Below are positions 40,054 through 48,986 of a DNA stretch of 64,000 nt, one piece after another. The position numbers and the translations under genes are program-made. Positions within the stretch are counted from its first letter, which is position 1. Every line of letters begins with the position of its first letter. The notes under the pieces are model-generated. The model searched no databases. It was not told the DNA's origin and was given only the letters and a program-made list of their open reading frames with translations. Origin of the DNA: Candidatus Latescibacterota bacterium (GTDB lineage: Bacteria; Latescibacterota; UBA2968); the NCBI GenBank assembly GCA_965204745.1, contig OZ242010.1, positions 2,784,001 to 2,848,000 of the forward strand, written 5' to 3'.

Positions 40054-40244
40054 GTGGATGGAGGCGTCTTTTCCCTCGGCCTCCGCGGATTGGGATGCAC
40101 CAAAATTTAGGGTGCGGTTTCTTCTAAGATCGGCCTGATACAGCGTCATCTCCCCCGGTGACACCGCAATCTAACCGTTGAAGAACCGCCTTATTTTTCC
40201 TGGACCAATCCCAGAATTTGAGGGTGTGACCATCCTCCATCCAC
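40054..40244 (-). ncRNA. ssrS: 6S RNA
   Basis: ~190-nt rod. Terminal stem GTGGATGGAGG/CCTCCATCCAC, then CCCTC/GAGGG and TGGGAT/ATCCCA; A-rich central bubble with a 3' hairpin GCACC..GGTGC; GCGGTT/AACCGC; apical TGTCA..GGGAGATGACG; followed by a terminator. Confidence 0.8.
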
Positions 40245-40421
40245 GCAATGGGTCAACAGTGTGATTCGGAACAAAACAACCCCGAAAAGCGGGGTCGTGC
40301 AACGTGCGACTTCCTCCCCACAAGGCCTGGCGATAGACCCGGTACTCCAGATGCGAAAAATATGCGTAACCATATTAAAAATATAAAGATATGGCCGATG
40401 TTCACCCTGAAGCACAGAGAC

Positions 40422-40450
40422 AATATATAGTGTGAAGGGCAGGGCGTCAA
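40422..40450 (-). promoter_or_regulatory. sigma70-type promoter facing the 6S locus
   Basis: TTGACG-N17-TATATT. Confidence 0.7.
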
Positions 40451-40574
40451 CCCTTATTTTCGCCTTTTTGAGCGGTTTGTGGAGCGGCATAAAAATAAGG
40501 TTTTGAAACTTAAGGATATACCCCATCAAAAAAAAATTTTGGCGTTTCATGATGGGCTTTGGGCACGCGCCTAG

Positions 40575-41540
40575 TTATGGCGATTCCTCCCAAACGCCCA
40601 TGCGCGCAAATTTTTCGGCTCGCAATTTGGGCAGATTTTCAGACGGGATTTTGTCCGTCTCTGCGAATGCCTCTGAAACGGCTTTTTTTAAGTTTTGCGC
40701 GGCCAATTCAAAGTTGCGATGCGCCCCCCCAAATGGCTCTGCCACGATGCGGTCGATGATGCCCAAGTCCATGAGATCTTCTGCCGAAATTTTCATGGCT
40801 TCTGCGGCTTCGGTGCGTTTGTCGCGGTTGCGCCACAAGATGAGCGAGCAGGATTCGGGGTTGATCACGGAGTACCAGGCGTTTTCGAGCATGAGGATGT
40901 GGTCGCCCACCCCGATGCCGAGCGCACCTCCGCTCGCGCCTTCGCCGATGATCGCCACGACAATGGGAATGGGCAGGCGCGCCATTTCAAACAGGTTGCG
41001 CGCAATGGCTTCCGAGATGCTGCGCTGTTCCGAGGCCAGGCCGGGGAACGCGCCCGGGGTATCGACCATGCAGAGCACGGGTCGATTGAATTTGGCGGCC
41101 AACTGCATCAGGCGGAGGGCTTTGCGATACCCTTCCGGGTGGGGCAGGCCAAAATTGCGCGCGAGGTTCTCCTGCGTGTTGCGTCCCTTTTGTTGCCCGA
41201 TGACGACGATGGGCCGGCCTTCAAAATACGCCAGTCCGCCCGCGATAGCGCGGTCATTGCCGGAACAGCGATCCCCGTGCAATTCGATGAAATCAGCCAT
41301 CATGAGGTCGATATAATCCAGGGAATAGGGCCGCTGCGGGTGGCGCGACAACTGGTATTTTTGCCACCGCGTGAGGTTGTTAAAAATGTCGCGCTCGAGT
41401 TTCGCGCTGCGTTCCTCAAGGGCTTTAATTTCCGTGCTCTTGTCCGCGTTTTCCGCTTGGGCCCGCGCCCGCAGTGCGGCGATTTGCTTTTGCAATTCGG
41501 CGAGTGGCTGTTCAAAGTCGAGATAAGATCGGTCGCTCAT
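40575..41540 (-). CDS. accA: Acetyl-CoA carboxylase carboxyltransferase alpha subunit
   Basis: YLDFEQP, RHPQRP, PEGYRKALRLM, DTPGAFPG, GEGASGGAL. Confidence 0.97.
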   Translation of the reverse strand: MSDRSYLDFEQPLAELQKQIAALRARAQAENADKSTEIKALEERSAKLERDIFNNLTRWQKYQLSRHPQRPYSLDYIDLMMADFIELHGDRCSGNDRAIAGGLAYFEGRPIVVIGQQKGRNTQENLARNFGLPHPEGYRKALRLMQLAAKFNRPVLCMVDTPGAFPGLASEQRSISEAIARNLFEMARLPIPIVVAIIGEGASGGALGIGVGDHILMLENAWYSVINPESCSLILWRNRDKRTEAAEAMKISAEDLMDLGIIDRIVAEPFGGAHRNFELAAQNLKKAVSEAFAETDKIPSENLPKLRAEKFARMGVWEESP

Positions 41541-41683
41541 GGGAATCGTCCTTTCGCAGTCGGAAATTAGCGGAACGAGTTACAAATAACAGGTGGGCTT
41601 GAAACGCACCCCATTGTACCGCCCGTTCATCGGTGCTTTTGTTTTTGGGCGGAGGCGGGGACTGACAACTGACAACTGACAAC

Positions 41684-42868
41684 GGCGTTGTTGCATAAAT
41701 AGCAATTTCCTGCAAGTTGGGATTGCAAAAAGACAGGCTCCTTCGTAGATTGGGCATATAGATCACCAAAACAACTCACCCTTTCTCACCAGGAACCTGT
41801 CATGCCCAAGATAACCGCTTCCAAACCCGCCGTCAAGTCCCCGCGTCGCCCGCGTCGCCCGCGCTGTGCGCCTGTCTATCGGGTTAGGAACTGGGCGGCC
41901 TACGAGGCCGGTCTCAAGCAGCGGGGCAGTCTGACGTTTTGGATCACGCCGCAAGCCCTTCGGAACTGGTACCATCAAGGGCCAACGCAACGGGGGCGGC
42001 AAAACACCTTTTCAGATTTGGCTATTCAAACGGCATTGATGGTGCGCTTGGTCTATGCCTTGCCCCTGCGTCAAACCGAGGGGTTTCTCAAGTCCATCCT
42101 GGCATTGATGGGGGTGGATTTGCGTGTGCCCGATCACACGACCCTCTGCCGGCGACAGGGCGATTTGAACGTGGATTTACCTGTCCAATCCCGTCACGAG
42201 CCGATCCACTTGGTGGTGGATTCTACCGGCCTGAAAGTGTATGGCGAAGGCGAATGGAAGGTGCGTCAACACGGCTTTTGCAAGCGCCGGACTTGGCGCA
42301 AATTGCACATCGGCGTCGATGAGGCCACCGGGGAGATTGTCGCACAGACCCTGACCTCGGCAAGCGTTGATGACGCTTCGCAGGTCAACCCCTTGCTCGA
42401 TCAAGTCCCGGCCCCTGTCCATACGCTGGGCGCCGATGGCGGCTATGACAAACGCAAGGTCTTCAACACATGCGCCGCCCCCAAACAAGGAGCCCCCATC
42501 CGACCTCTGATTCCCCCGCGCCATGATGCCAAAATTGAACAACACGGAAACAGGAAGGCACCCCCCCTCGCCCGCGATGAAATCATCCGAGCCATCCGGC
42601 GTCAAGGCCGCCGACAGTGGAAACGCACCAGTGGCTATCATCGTCGCTCGGTCGTTGAAACCCACATAGGCCGCTACAAACAACTCATTGGGCGGCAGTT
42701 GCGCGCACGAAAAAAGAAGAACCAAGAAACGGAAGCACGGTTGGGATGTGCGGTGCTCAATCGCATGATGAGGATCGCGAAACCCGTGTCCTATCCCATA
42801 GAAAGAAGGGCTTAAATTTCGCGGGAAAGGGACGAACTTAGCCACGACAACATTTATGCAACAACGCC
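41684..42868 (+). mobile_element. IS5 family, IS903 group insertion sequence (1185 bp)
   Basis: Perfect 17-bp IRs GGCGTTGTTGCATAAAT / ATTTATGCAACAACGCC; 9-bp direct repeat ACTGACAAC at 41675-41683 and 42869-42877. Confidence 0.95.
41802..42815 (+). CDS. IS5 family (IS903 group) transposase
   Basis: NWAAYEAGLKQRGSL, VVDSTGLKVYGEGEW, RRTWRKLH, ADGGYD, YHRRSVVET. Confidence 0.95.
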   Translation: MPKITASKPAVKSPRRPRRPRCAPVYRVRNWAAYEAGLKQRGSLTFWITPQALRNWYHQGPTQRGRQNTFSDLAIQTALMVRLVYALPLRQTEGFLKSILALMGVDLRVPDHTTLCRRQGDLNVDLPVQSRHEPIHLVVDSTGLKVYGEGEWKVRQHGFCKRRTWRKLHIGVDEATGEIVAQTLTSASVDDASQVNPLLDQVPAPVHTLGADGGYDKRKVFNTCAAPKQGAPIRPLIPPRHDAKIEQHGNRKAPPLARDEIIRAIRRQGRRQWKRTSGYHRRSVVETHIGRYKQLIGRQLRARKKKNQETEARLGCAVLNRMMRIAKPVSYPIERRA

Positions 42869-42984
42869 ACTGACAACTGACAACTGACAACTGACAACTG
42901 ACAACTTGGGCGGTGGCGGGGTTGCCTCACCTCTCCCGCCTTACGTCTTACGTCTCACCGAAGGGGGTTGGGCAGGGGGGGCGT

Positions 42985-44190
42985 CTATTCTATTCGCCCC
43001 AATGCCGCTTCCACGCGGTCCATGCCCTGGGCGATAAGGTCTGCCGATGCCGCGTAGGAGAATCGCAGGTACCCCGGCGCGCCAAACCCGGTGCCGGGCA
43101 CGCACGCCACGCCCGCTTCGTCGAGCAGATAATCGCACAGCGATACATCGCTGTCAATGCGCCCGCGAGGCGATGATTTGCCGATGAGTTCGGATATGTC
43201 GGGAAACACGTAAAACGCGCCGCGTGGCGATGGGCATGACACGCGCGGCATTCGATTGAGGCGGGAAACGATTTGATCGCGCCGCGTGGCAAATGCCCGT
43301 CTCATCGTTTCCACGCAATCCTGCGGGCCGGTGAGGGCTTCGAGTGCGGCGTATTGCGAGATGGTGCAGGTGTTTGTGGTTTCCTGCGTTTGGACTTTGA
43401 TCATCAGGTCGATCAAGTTTTGCGGCCCCGCGCCATAGCCCACGCGCCACCCGGTCATGGCATGGGATTTGGAGACGCCGTTGACGACCAGGGTTTTCCC
43501 TGCCAACTCGGGCATCAGCGCGGCAATGGACACGTGCTCGGCGTTGTCGTACAGGAGTTTTTCGTAGATTTCATCCGCGATGACGTAGATGTTCGCCTGC
43601 GCGATGACCTCGGCCAAGGCCGCGAGGTTGTCGCGGGTATAGACCGCGCCTGTTGGGTTGCAAGGGCTGTTTAAGAGCAGGAATTTTGTGCGCGGGGTGA
43701 TGGCGTTTTCGAGTTGTTGCGCGGTCATGCAAAAGTCCGCGTCTCGCGTGGTGGGCACGATGATCGGCTCGCCCCCCATCAAGCGCACTTGATCCGCGTA
43801 GCTCGTCCAATACGGCGCGGGGATGATGGCTCGGTCTCCGTCTTCTATCAACGCGATGATGGCGTCGAAGATGGTTTGCTTCGCGCCGCACGTCACGATG
43901 ATTTGCGATGGCGCGTAGCGCAACCCATTGTCGCGCTCCAATTTGTCGCAAATCGCCTGCTTGAGTTCGGGAATGCCCGACGCGGGGTTGGTGTATCGCG
44001 TGTGCCCGGTTTCGATGGCGCGGATCGCAGCGGCGCGGATGTGCGCGGGGGTGTCGAAGTCGGGTTCACCCGCGACGAGTGAGATGAGATCGACGCCCTG
44101 CCGCTTCAACGCACCGGCTTTGGCAAATGCCGACACGGTCGCAGAGGCTTGAATATTGAGCACGCGCTGGGTAAAGGGAGATTTGGGCAT
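42985..44190 (-). CDS. aspC: Aspartate aminotransferase-like class I PLP enzyme
   Basis: GEPDFDTP, NSPCNPTG, DEIYE, GVSKSHAMTGWRVG. Confidence 0.88.
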   Translation of the reverse strand: MPKSPFTQRVLNIQASATVSAFAKAGALKRQGVDLISLVAGEPDFDTPAHIRAAAIRAIETGHTRYTNPASGIPELKQAICDKLERDNGLRYAPSQIIVTCGAKQTIFDAIIALIEDGDRAIIPAPYWTSYADQVRLMGGEPIIVPTTRDADFCMTAQQLENAITPRTKFLLLNSPCNPTGAVYTRDNLAALAEVIAQANIYVIADEIYEKLLYDNAEHVSIAALMPELAGKTLVVNGVSKSHAMTGWRVGYGAGPQNLIDLMIKVQTQETTNTCTISQYAALEALTGPQDCVETMRRAFATRRDQIVSRLNRMPRVSCPSPRGAFYVFPDISELIGKSSPRGRIDSDVSLCDYLLDEAGVACVPGTGFGAPGYLRFSYAASADLIAQGMDRVEAALGRIE

Positions 44191-44228
44191 GGCTAAGAGA
44201 TGGAGAAAAACCTAGGGACAGCGTCCCG

Positions 44229-45425
44229 TTACGTCGTGTATTCGGCATTGATGCGGACGTAGTCGTACGTGAGGTCGCACGTATAAATGGTCGCCGCCGC
44301 GTCGCCGCTAGACAGGTCGATGGCGATAGCGATGTCGGACGCGGAAAGGGCATCGACAGCGCGGTCGTGGTCAAAGGGCAAGCCACCGCCGTTGGCGTAA
44401 ATGGGAATGCCCGCCATGGAAACGGAGACGCGGGCCGGGTCGATAGCGACACCGGCATAGCCCGCGGCGCACAAAATGCGGCCCCAGTTGGGATCGCGTC
44501 CAAAAACCGCGGTTTTGACGAGGTTGGAGTTGGCAACGGACATGCCCACGGTGCGCGCGTCTTCTCGCGTGGGCGCGCCTGCAACGCGAATGGCGATGAG
44601 TTTGGTCGCGCCTTCCCCATCGCGTGCGATTTGTTTGGCGAGGCTGATGCAGACCGCGTTGAGTGCTGTCTGAAAGGCGCGGAGGTCTTCGCCCGTGAGT
44701 TCGTTCGCGTTTGCCGCGCCATTGGCCAGGGCCAATACCGTGTCGTTGGTGCTCATGTCGCCGTCAACCGTAATGCAGTTGAAGGATTGCGTCACCGCGT
44801 CGCGCAGTGCGTTTTGAAGCGCGGGCACGGCCAGGGCCGCATCCGTCACCACAAACGCGAGCATAGTCGCCATGTTGGGCGCGATCATGCCCGCGCCCTT
44901 GGCAATGCCTGCGATAGTGATTTCGCCGTCCCGGATTTGGAGGCGCGCAGACGCTTTTTTGGGCACGGTGTCCGTGGTCATGATCGCTTCTGAAGCGTCG
45001 TCCCAGCCGGTTGCATCGAGTTGTGGGATGATGGTTTGAATCCCGGTTTCGAGATATGCCATCTGCAAGGGCACGCCGATGACGCCAGTGGAATTGACGA
45101 GTACATCTTCTGGCGCGATGTCCAATCCGCCACCCACCCATTGCGCGGTCTGTCGCGCATCGCGCATGCCTTGGTCGCCAGTACACGCATTGGCGTTTTT
45201 GCTGTTGACCACAACAGCACGCGCACATCCATCGCGCAGGTGCTCTCTGTTGATCTGCACAGGGGCCGCGCACACGCGATTGGTCGTGAACATCCCGGCT
45301 GCCGAAGCCGGGCGATCAGACGCGATGAGCGCGAGGTCCTTCTCCTCGCCATCCTTAAGCCCGCAATGCAACCCCGCGGCCGTATAGCCCTTGGGGGGAT
45401 AAATGGCATTTTCCGTAACGTTCAC
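44229..45425 (-). CDS. argJ: Bifunctional ornithine acetyltransferase/N-acetylglutamate synthase
   Basis: NANACTG, STGVIG, IMTTDT, KGAGMIAPNMATML, DGEGATK, YVRINAEYTT. GTG start assumed from RBS GAGG. Confidence 0.96.
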   Translation of the reverse strand: MNVTENAIYPPKGYTAAGLHCGLKDGEEKDLALIASDRPASAAGMFTTNRVCAAPVQINREHLRDGCARAVVVNSKNANACTGDQGMRDARQTAQWVGGGLDIAPEDVLVNSTGVIGVPLQMAYLETGIQTIIPQLDATGWDDASEAIMTTDTVPKKASARLQIRDGEITIAGIAKGAGMIAPNMATMLAFVVTDAALAVPALQNALRDAVTQSFNCITVDGDMSTNDTVLALANGAANANELTGEDLRAFQTALNAVCISLAKQIARDGEGATKLIAIRVAGAPTREDARTVGMSVANSNLVKTAVFGRDPNWGRILCAAGYAGVAIDPARVSVSMAGIPIYANGGGLPFDHDRAVDALSASDIAIAIDLSSGDAAATIYTCDLTYDYVRINAEYTT

Positions 45426-45560
45426 AACACACCTCACTGTAGAGTTATCAAGATACGCCGCTCGTTTCCTCACAGATCGTACACCAGCCGATCAATCTTT
45501 GGATAGCACCGAAACGTACACAAACCATTCTGTTCGGTATGCGTGCGATTGTTCAGAACG

Positions 45561-47552
45561 TCAAATACTGTTCTGGATAATCCTCATCGTTTTTTCTTTT
45601 ACTTCGACTTTCTTGGAGATGATGTCCTCTATTTCGCTTGTGATTTTTCTGATTTCATCTTTGTCATTGTTGATCGGCAGGACAACTTCGCCCAGTCTGT
45701 TTCCGATTGTCGAGATTGTCGCCTGTACAAAGGTTTTGGAATCGATCTGTTTTCTTACAATTTTGCTGTTCAAAAGGTAAAATAGGTAGTATGGGTCGAT
45801 GAATTTTTTCTTCATTACTCTTATCTTTTTGAGATGGCTTTGAATGATGATTTTTATGTCCAATCTCGTGACAATAGCGGTGCGCCCGATTAAAAACGTG
45901 CCATCGCTCACAAACAGAATATCTCTTTCCCGAATATCTTGGGAGCATTTGTACTCGTCATACACTTCCTCTGCCACTGCCTTAATAGGGTCAAACTTGA
46001 TTTCCCAATTCACGATATCGCTGGTTCGCACAAATGGCACGTTCCCCGTACCATAAAAGCGCGAGCCTATCTCGTTACCCCTTTTGATCTGCAAGATATT
46101 TTTTTTTAGCAATTCTCCAATTGAAACCAAAAAATATTTTCCGCTGTGTTTCAACTCCTCTAATTCTCTACGGACTTCCGGGTTGTAATACTCTGGAATA
46201 AAAATGCTCTCGTTCAACTCGGAATACGGGATGTGGAAGCCGAGGTGATTTTCCTCATCTTTTCGTTTGAAGTTGTTCGTGATGGAGGGAATATCGTCAT
46301 CGAGGATTTCTTCGCCGGTTTCAACATCCGCTTTGTAGATCGGTTTGCCGTTTTTGTTGTGTCCAACACTGCCTGCGATAGCCATGAACAACGAATCTCG
46401 TCTCTCGGTCGTCTTTTCGAGAAAAAGCACGCTCGTTTTCGTATGCGTGCTCGGTTGAAAAGTTTCTTGGGGGAGGCTCACAACGCCGGTAACCGAGCAC
46501 ACGCTGTTCACATATTCCCAGATATATCTGTCCGAAGGATTACCAAAAATACCTTCCGGGAGAACGATGCCCAAACGACCACCCTCGCGTAGCAGTTGAA
46601 TACACCGCTCGATGAACAGGACTTGAGGGGATTGTTTCTCGAGTGATTCGCGTGATCTGTACCATTTGCCGTGCTTTCGCCACCTGTGACCGAGTTGATA
46701 CTGCCCCAGTAGTTGTTTTCCTATGACTGGGATTTTCGCTCCGAAAGGAGGATTGGTAAGCACGATGTCAAATGCACCACACTGGATATCCCTTCTCGTA
46801 TCTCCGCTCCATTTTGCTGGATTATCCAAGCTGTTCTCGCAGTAGATGCGATAATCGCCATCACCGATTAGCGAGAGATAAATTTTTGCGATTTTTGCGA
46901 GAAAGGCATCTTTGTCAAGCCCTACAATATCAAAATCTTTCGCACTGCGAGACAGAAAATATCTCAATGTGTAGGCCAGAAAACCACCGCTTCCACAAGC
47001 CGGGTCGATCATTCTTTCACCTTCCCGGGGCTCGAGAATATCGATCATCATTTGTACGACGTTTCTCGGCGTGAAAAATTGTCCCGCGCCACCTCTAAAC
47101 GAAGTTCCTATTAACTCCTCAAAAGCATCTCCGATTACATCCCTGTCAGCGTCCAAAATAGAATAGTCTTCCAGTGTCGAGACGATAAATGACAGGTCTT
47201 TGGGTTGCACTTCTATTTTTTCATTCGGTTCAAAGAGGCCGGGATAGACGTCTTTCACCCTGTCAAACAAGTTGCTGATCCGCGACAGGAGCAAGTCGTT
47301 GCTTTCGCGTGGACGGTTGGAAAATTCGACGATATCCAGACTCGTTTTTTCGTCGTAGATTTTGCAAAATAGCAACCGCATCATGTTTTGGGCGATTTTC
47401 TCATCCCGCGTGATTCCAGTCACATTCCCCGCACAGTAATCTCTTATTTTTTTGAAAACGGACTTCAGATTGTTTATCGGACGCAATTCGGCAACACTGA
47501 CGAACCTTTTTGTTTTTAAGGTGTCTGGATTAAACAAAGAGGGTGCTTCCAT
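45561..47552 (-). CDS. Type I-like N6 methyltransferase (NPPF) fused to a single TRD, no nuclease domain
   Basis: LLFCKIYDE, GQFFTPR, IDPACGSGGFL, NPPFG, VPFVRTSDI. Visibly AT-richer than neighbouring genes. Confidence 0.88.
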   Translation of the reverse strand: MEAPSLFNPDTLKTKRFVSVAELRPINNLKSVFKKIRDYCAGNVTGITRDEKIAQNMMRLLFCKIYDEKTSLDIVEFSNRPRESNDLLLSRISNLFDRVKDVYPGLFEPNEKIEVQPKDLSFIVSTLEDYSILDADRDVIGDAFEELIGTSFRGGAGQFFTPRNVVQMMIDILEPREGERMIDPACGSGGFLAYTLRYFLSRSAKDFDIVGLDKDAFLAKIAKIYLSLIGDGDYRIYCENSLDNPAKWSGDTRRDIQCGAFDIVLTNPPFGAKIPVIGKQLLGQYQLGHRWRKHGKWYRSRESLEKQSPQVLFIERCIQLLREGGRLGIVLPEGIFGNPSDRYIWEYVNSVCSVTGVVSLPQETFQPSTHTKTSVLFLEKTTERRDSLFMAIAGSVGHNKNGKPIYKADVETGEEILDDDIPSITNNFKRKDEENHLGFHIPYSELNESIFIPEYYNPEVRRELEELKHSGKYFLVSIGELLKKNILQIKRGNEIGSRFYGTGNVPFVRTSDIVNWEIKFDPIKAVAEEVYDEYKCSQDIRERDILFVSDGTFLIGRTAIVTRLDIKIIIQSHLKKIRVMKKKFIDPYYLFYLLNSKIVRKQIDSKTFVQATISTIGNRLGEVVLPINNDKDEIRKITSEIEDIISKKVEVKEKTMRIIQNSI

Positions 47553-47585
47553 TTACTTACTCCTGCGGCGGAGGGCAATCTGCTT

Positions 47586-48758
47586 TCAGAACAGGGCGCG
47601 TTTGACATTTCGCACGGCTTGGCGGATTCGGTGTTCGTTTTCGACCAGAGAGATGCGGACATAGCCCTCGCCCATGTCGCCAAAGCCAATGCCGGGAGAC
47701 ACTGCGACTTCGGCTTCTTCCATGAGTTTGAGGGCGAAGTTCATCGAGCCGAGATGCCGATAGGGTTCTGGAATGGGCGCCCACACAAACATAGACGCTT
47801 TGGGTTTGTTGACCGGCCACCCGATGCGGTTGAGACCGCCTATGAGCGTATCCCTGCGGCTTTGATACATGGCCGCTGCTTGCCGCACGCAGTCTTGCGG
47901 GCCGTCAAGTGCGGCAATGGCCGCGACTTGGATCGGGGTGAAGACGCCGTAGTCGTAGTAATTTTTGATGATGGACAAGGCTCTGATCACCTCGGGATTG
48001 CCCAAGCAGAAGCCCACGCGCCACCCGGCCATGTTGTAGGATTTGGACATGGTGTAAAATTCGACCCCGATTTCTTTCGCGCCTTTGACCTGCAACAGAC
48101 TCGGCACTTCGGTGCCGTCAAACGCGATGTCCGAATAGGCCATGTCGTGGATGACGATGATATTTTGACGCCGGGCAAAAGCCACAATTTCCTGAAAAAA
48201 AGAAATATCGACCGTGGCCGTGGTGGGGTTGTGCGGGAAGTTGAAAATCATGACCTTGGGCTTGGGCCACAACTCCCGCGAGATCATGTGCAGATCGGGC
48301 ACAAATTCTTTTTCCGCGCGCAAGGGCAGGCTGAGGACATTGCCATTGGCGATTGCAACGCCGTACAAGTGCAGGGGATAGGCCGGATTGGGCACGATGG
48401 CGAGGTCGCCCGGATCCAGGAGGGCCAGGCAAATATGCGCCAACCCCTCTTTGGAGCCAATGGTGACTATGGCCTCGGTTTCCGGATCGAGATCGACGCG
48501 GAATCGGCGTTTGTAATGCCGGCAGATGGCCCGGCGCAACGCGGGAATGCCCGCCGATGGCGCGTACCCGTGCGCTTTGGGATCGCGGGCCACTTCGGCG
48601 AGTTTGTCGATAATATGCGGCGGCGTGGGCTGGTCCGGATTGCCCATGCCCAGGTCGATGATATCCACGCCCTCGCGCCGCAGGTGCATTTTGCGGGCAT
48701 TGACCTCGTGAAAAATGTATGGCGGCAGGCGTTCGATGCGTCGAGAATTGATTTGCAT
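47586..48758 (-). CDS. AlaC/LL-DAP-like class I aminotransferase
   Basis: RLPPYIF, DLGMGNPD, GSKEG, NFPHNPT, SKSYNMAGWRVG, ENEHRIRQA. Confidence 0.9.
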   Translation of the reverse strand: MQINSRRIERLPPYIFHEVNARKMHLRREGVDIIDLGMGNPDQPTPPHIIDKLAEVARDPKAHGYAPSAGIPALRRAICRHYKRRFRVDLDPETEAIVTIGSKEGLAHICLALLDPGDLAIVPNPAYPLHLYGVAIANGNVLSLPLRAEKEFVPDLHMISRELWPKPKVMIFNFPHNPTTATVDISFFQEIVAFARRQNIIVIHDMAYSDIAFDGTEVPSLLQVKGAKEIGVEFYTMSKSYNMAGWRVGFCLGNPEVIRALSIIKNYYDYGVFTPIQVAAIAALDGPQDCVRQAAAMYQSRRDTLIGGLNRIGWPVNKPKASMFVWAPIPEPYRHLGSMNFALKLMEEAEVAVSPGIGFGDMGEGYVRISLVENEHRIRQAVRNVKRALF

Positions 48759-48834
48759 GGGAATGCTCATTAAAAGGGTCAAGCCCTATCCGAGACGGGG
48801 AGATGTTCTCTCGTCTCGAGGAAAATGGAAATTT

Positions 48835-48970
48835 AGCCACAAAAGGCACAAAAAGCACAAAAGTATAAAAGCCACAAAAAGCACGAGCGGGGTACAACTG
48901 GCGATAGCCAGTTCAAAGACGAGTGGTGTATAGGGGCGATGCCTCCGTGTTCGGTCAAAGATACAAGGGG
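48835..48970. repeat. 9-mer (CACAAAA.G) array and REP-like modules
   Basis: GCCACAAAAGGCACAAAAAGCACAAAAG; GCGGGGTACAAC; GGGGCGATGCCTCCGTGTTCGGTCAAAGATACAAGGG. Confidence 0.65.
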
Positions 48971-48986
48971 TTAGAGGGTAGGGCCA

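Larger units (their letters stand above)
41654..42973 (-). repeat. Composite repeat with (ACTGACA)n array, split by the IS5 element
   Basis: 3 units + AC on the left of the IS, 5 units + ACT on the right. Flanks are homologous to 13480-13593. Confidence 0.9.

Noticed and set aside
40280-40350. ZTP or other known riboswitch, or SRP RNA, near 6S
   Set aside because: Only superficial similarity (GGTCGTG, CCTGG); the conserved cores are missing. Kept as an unknown structured leader.
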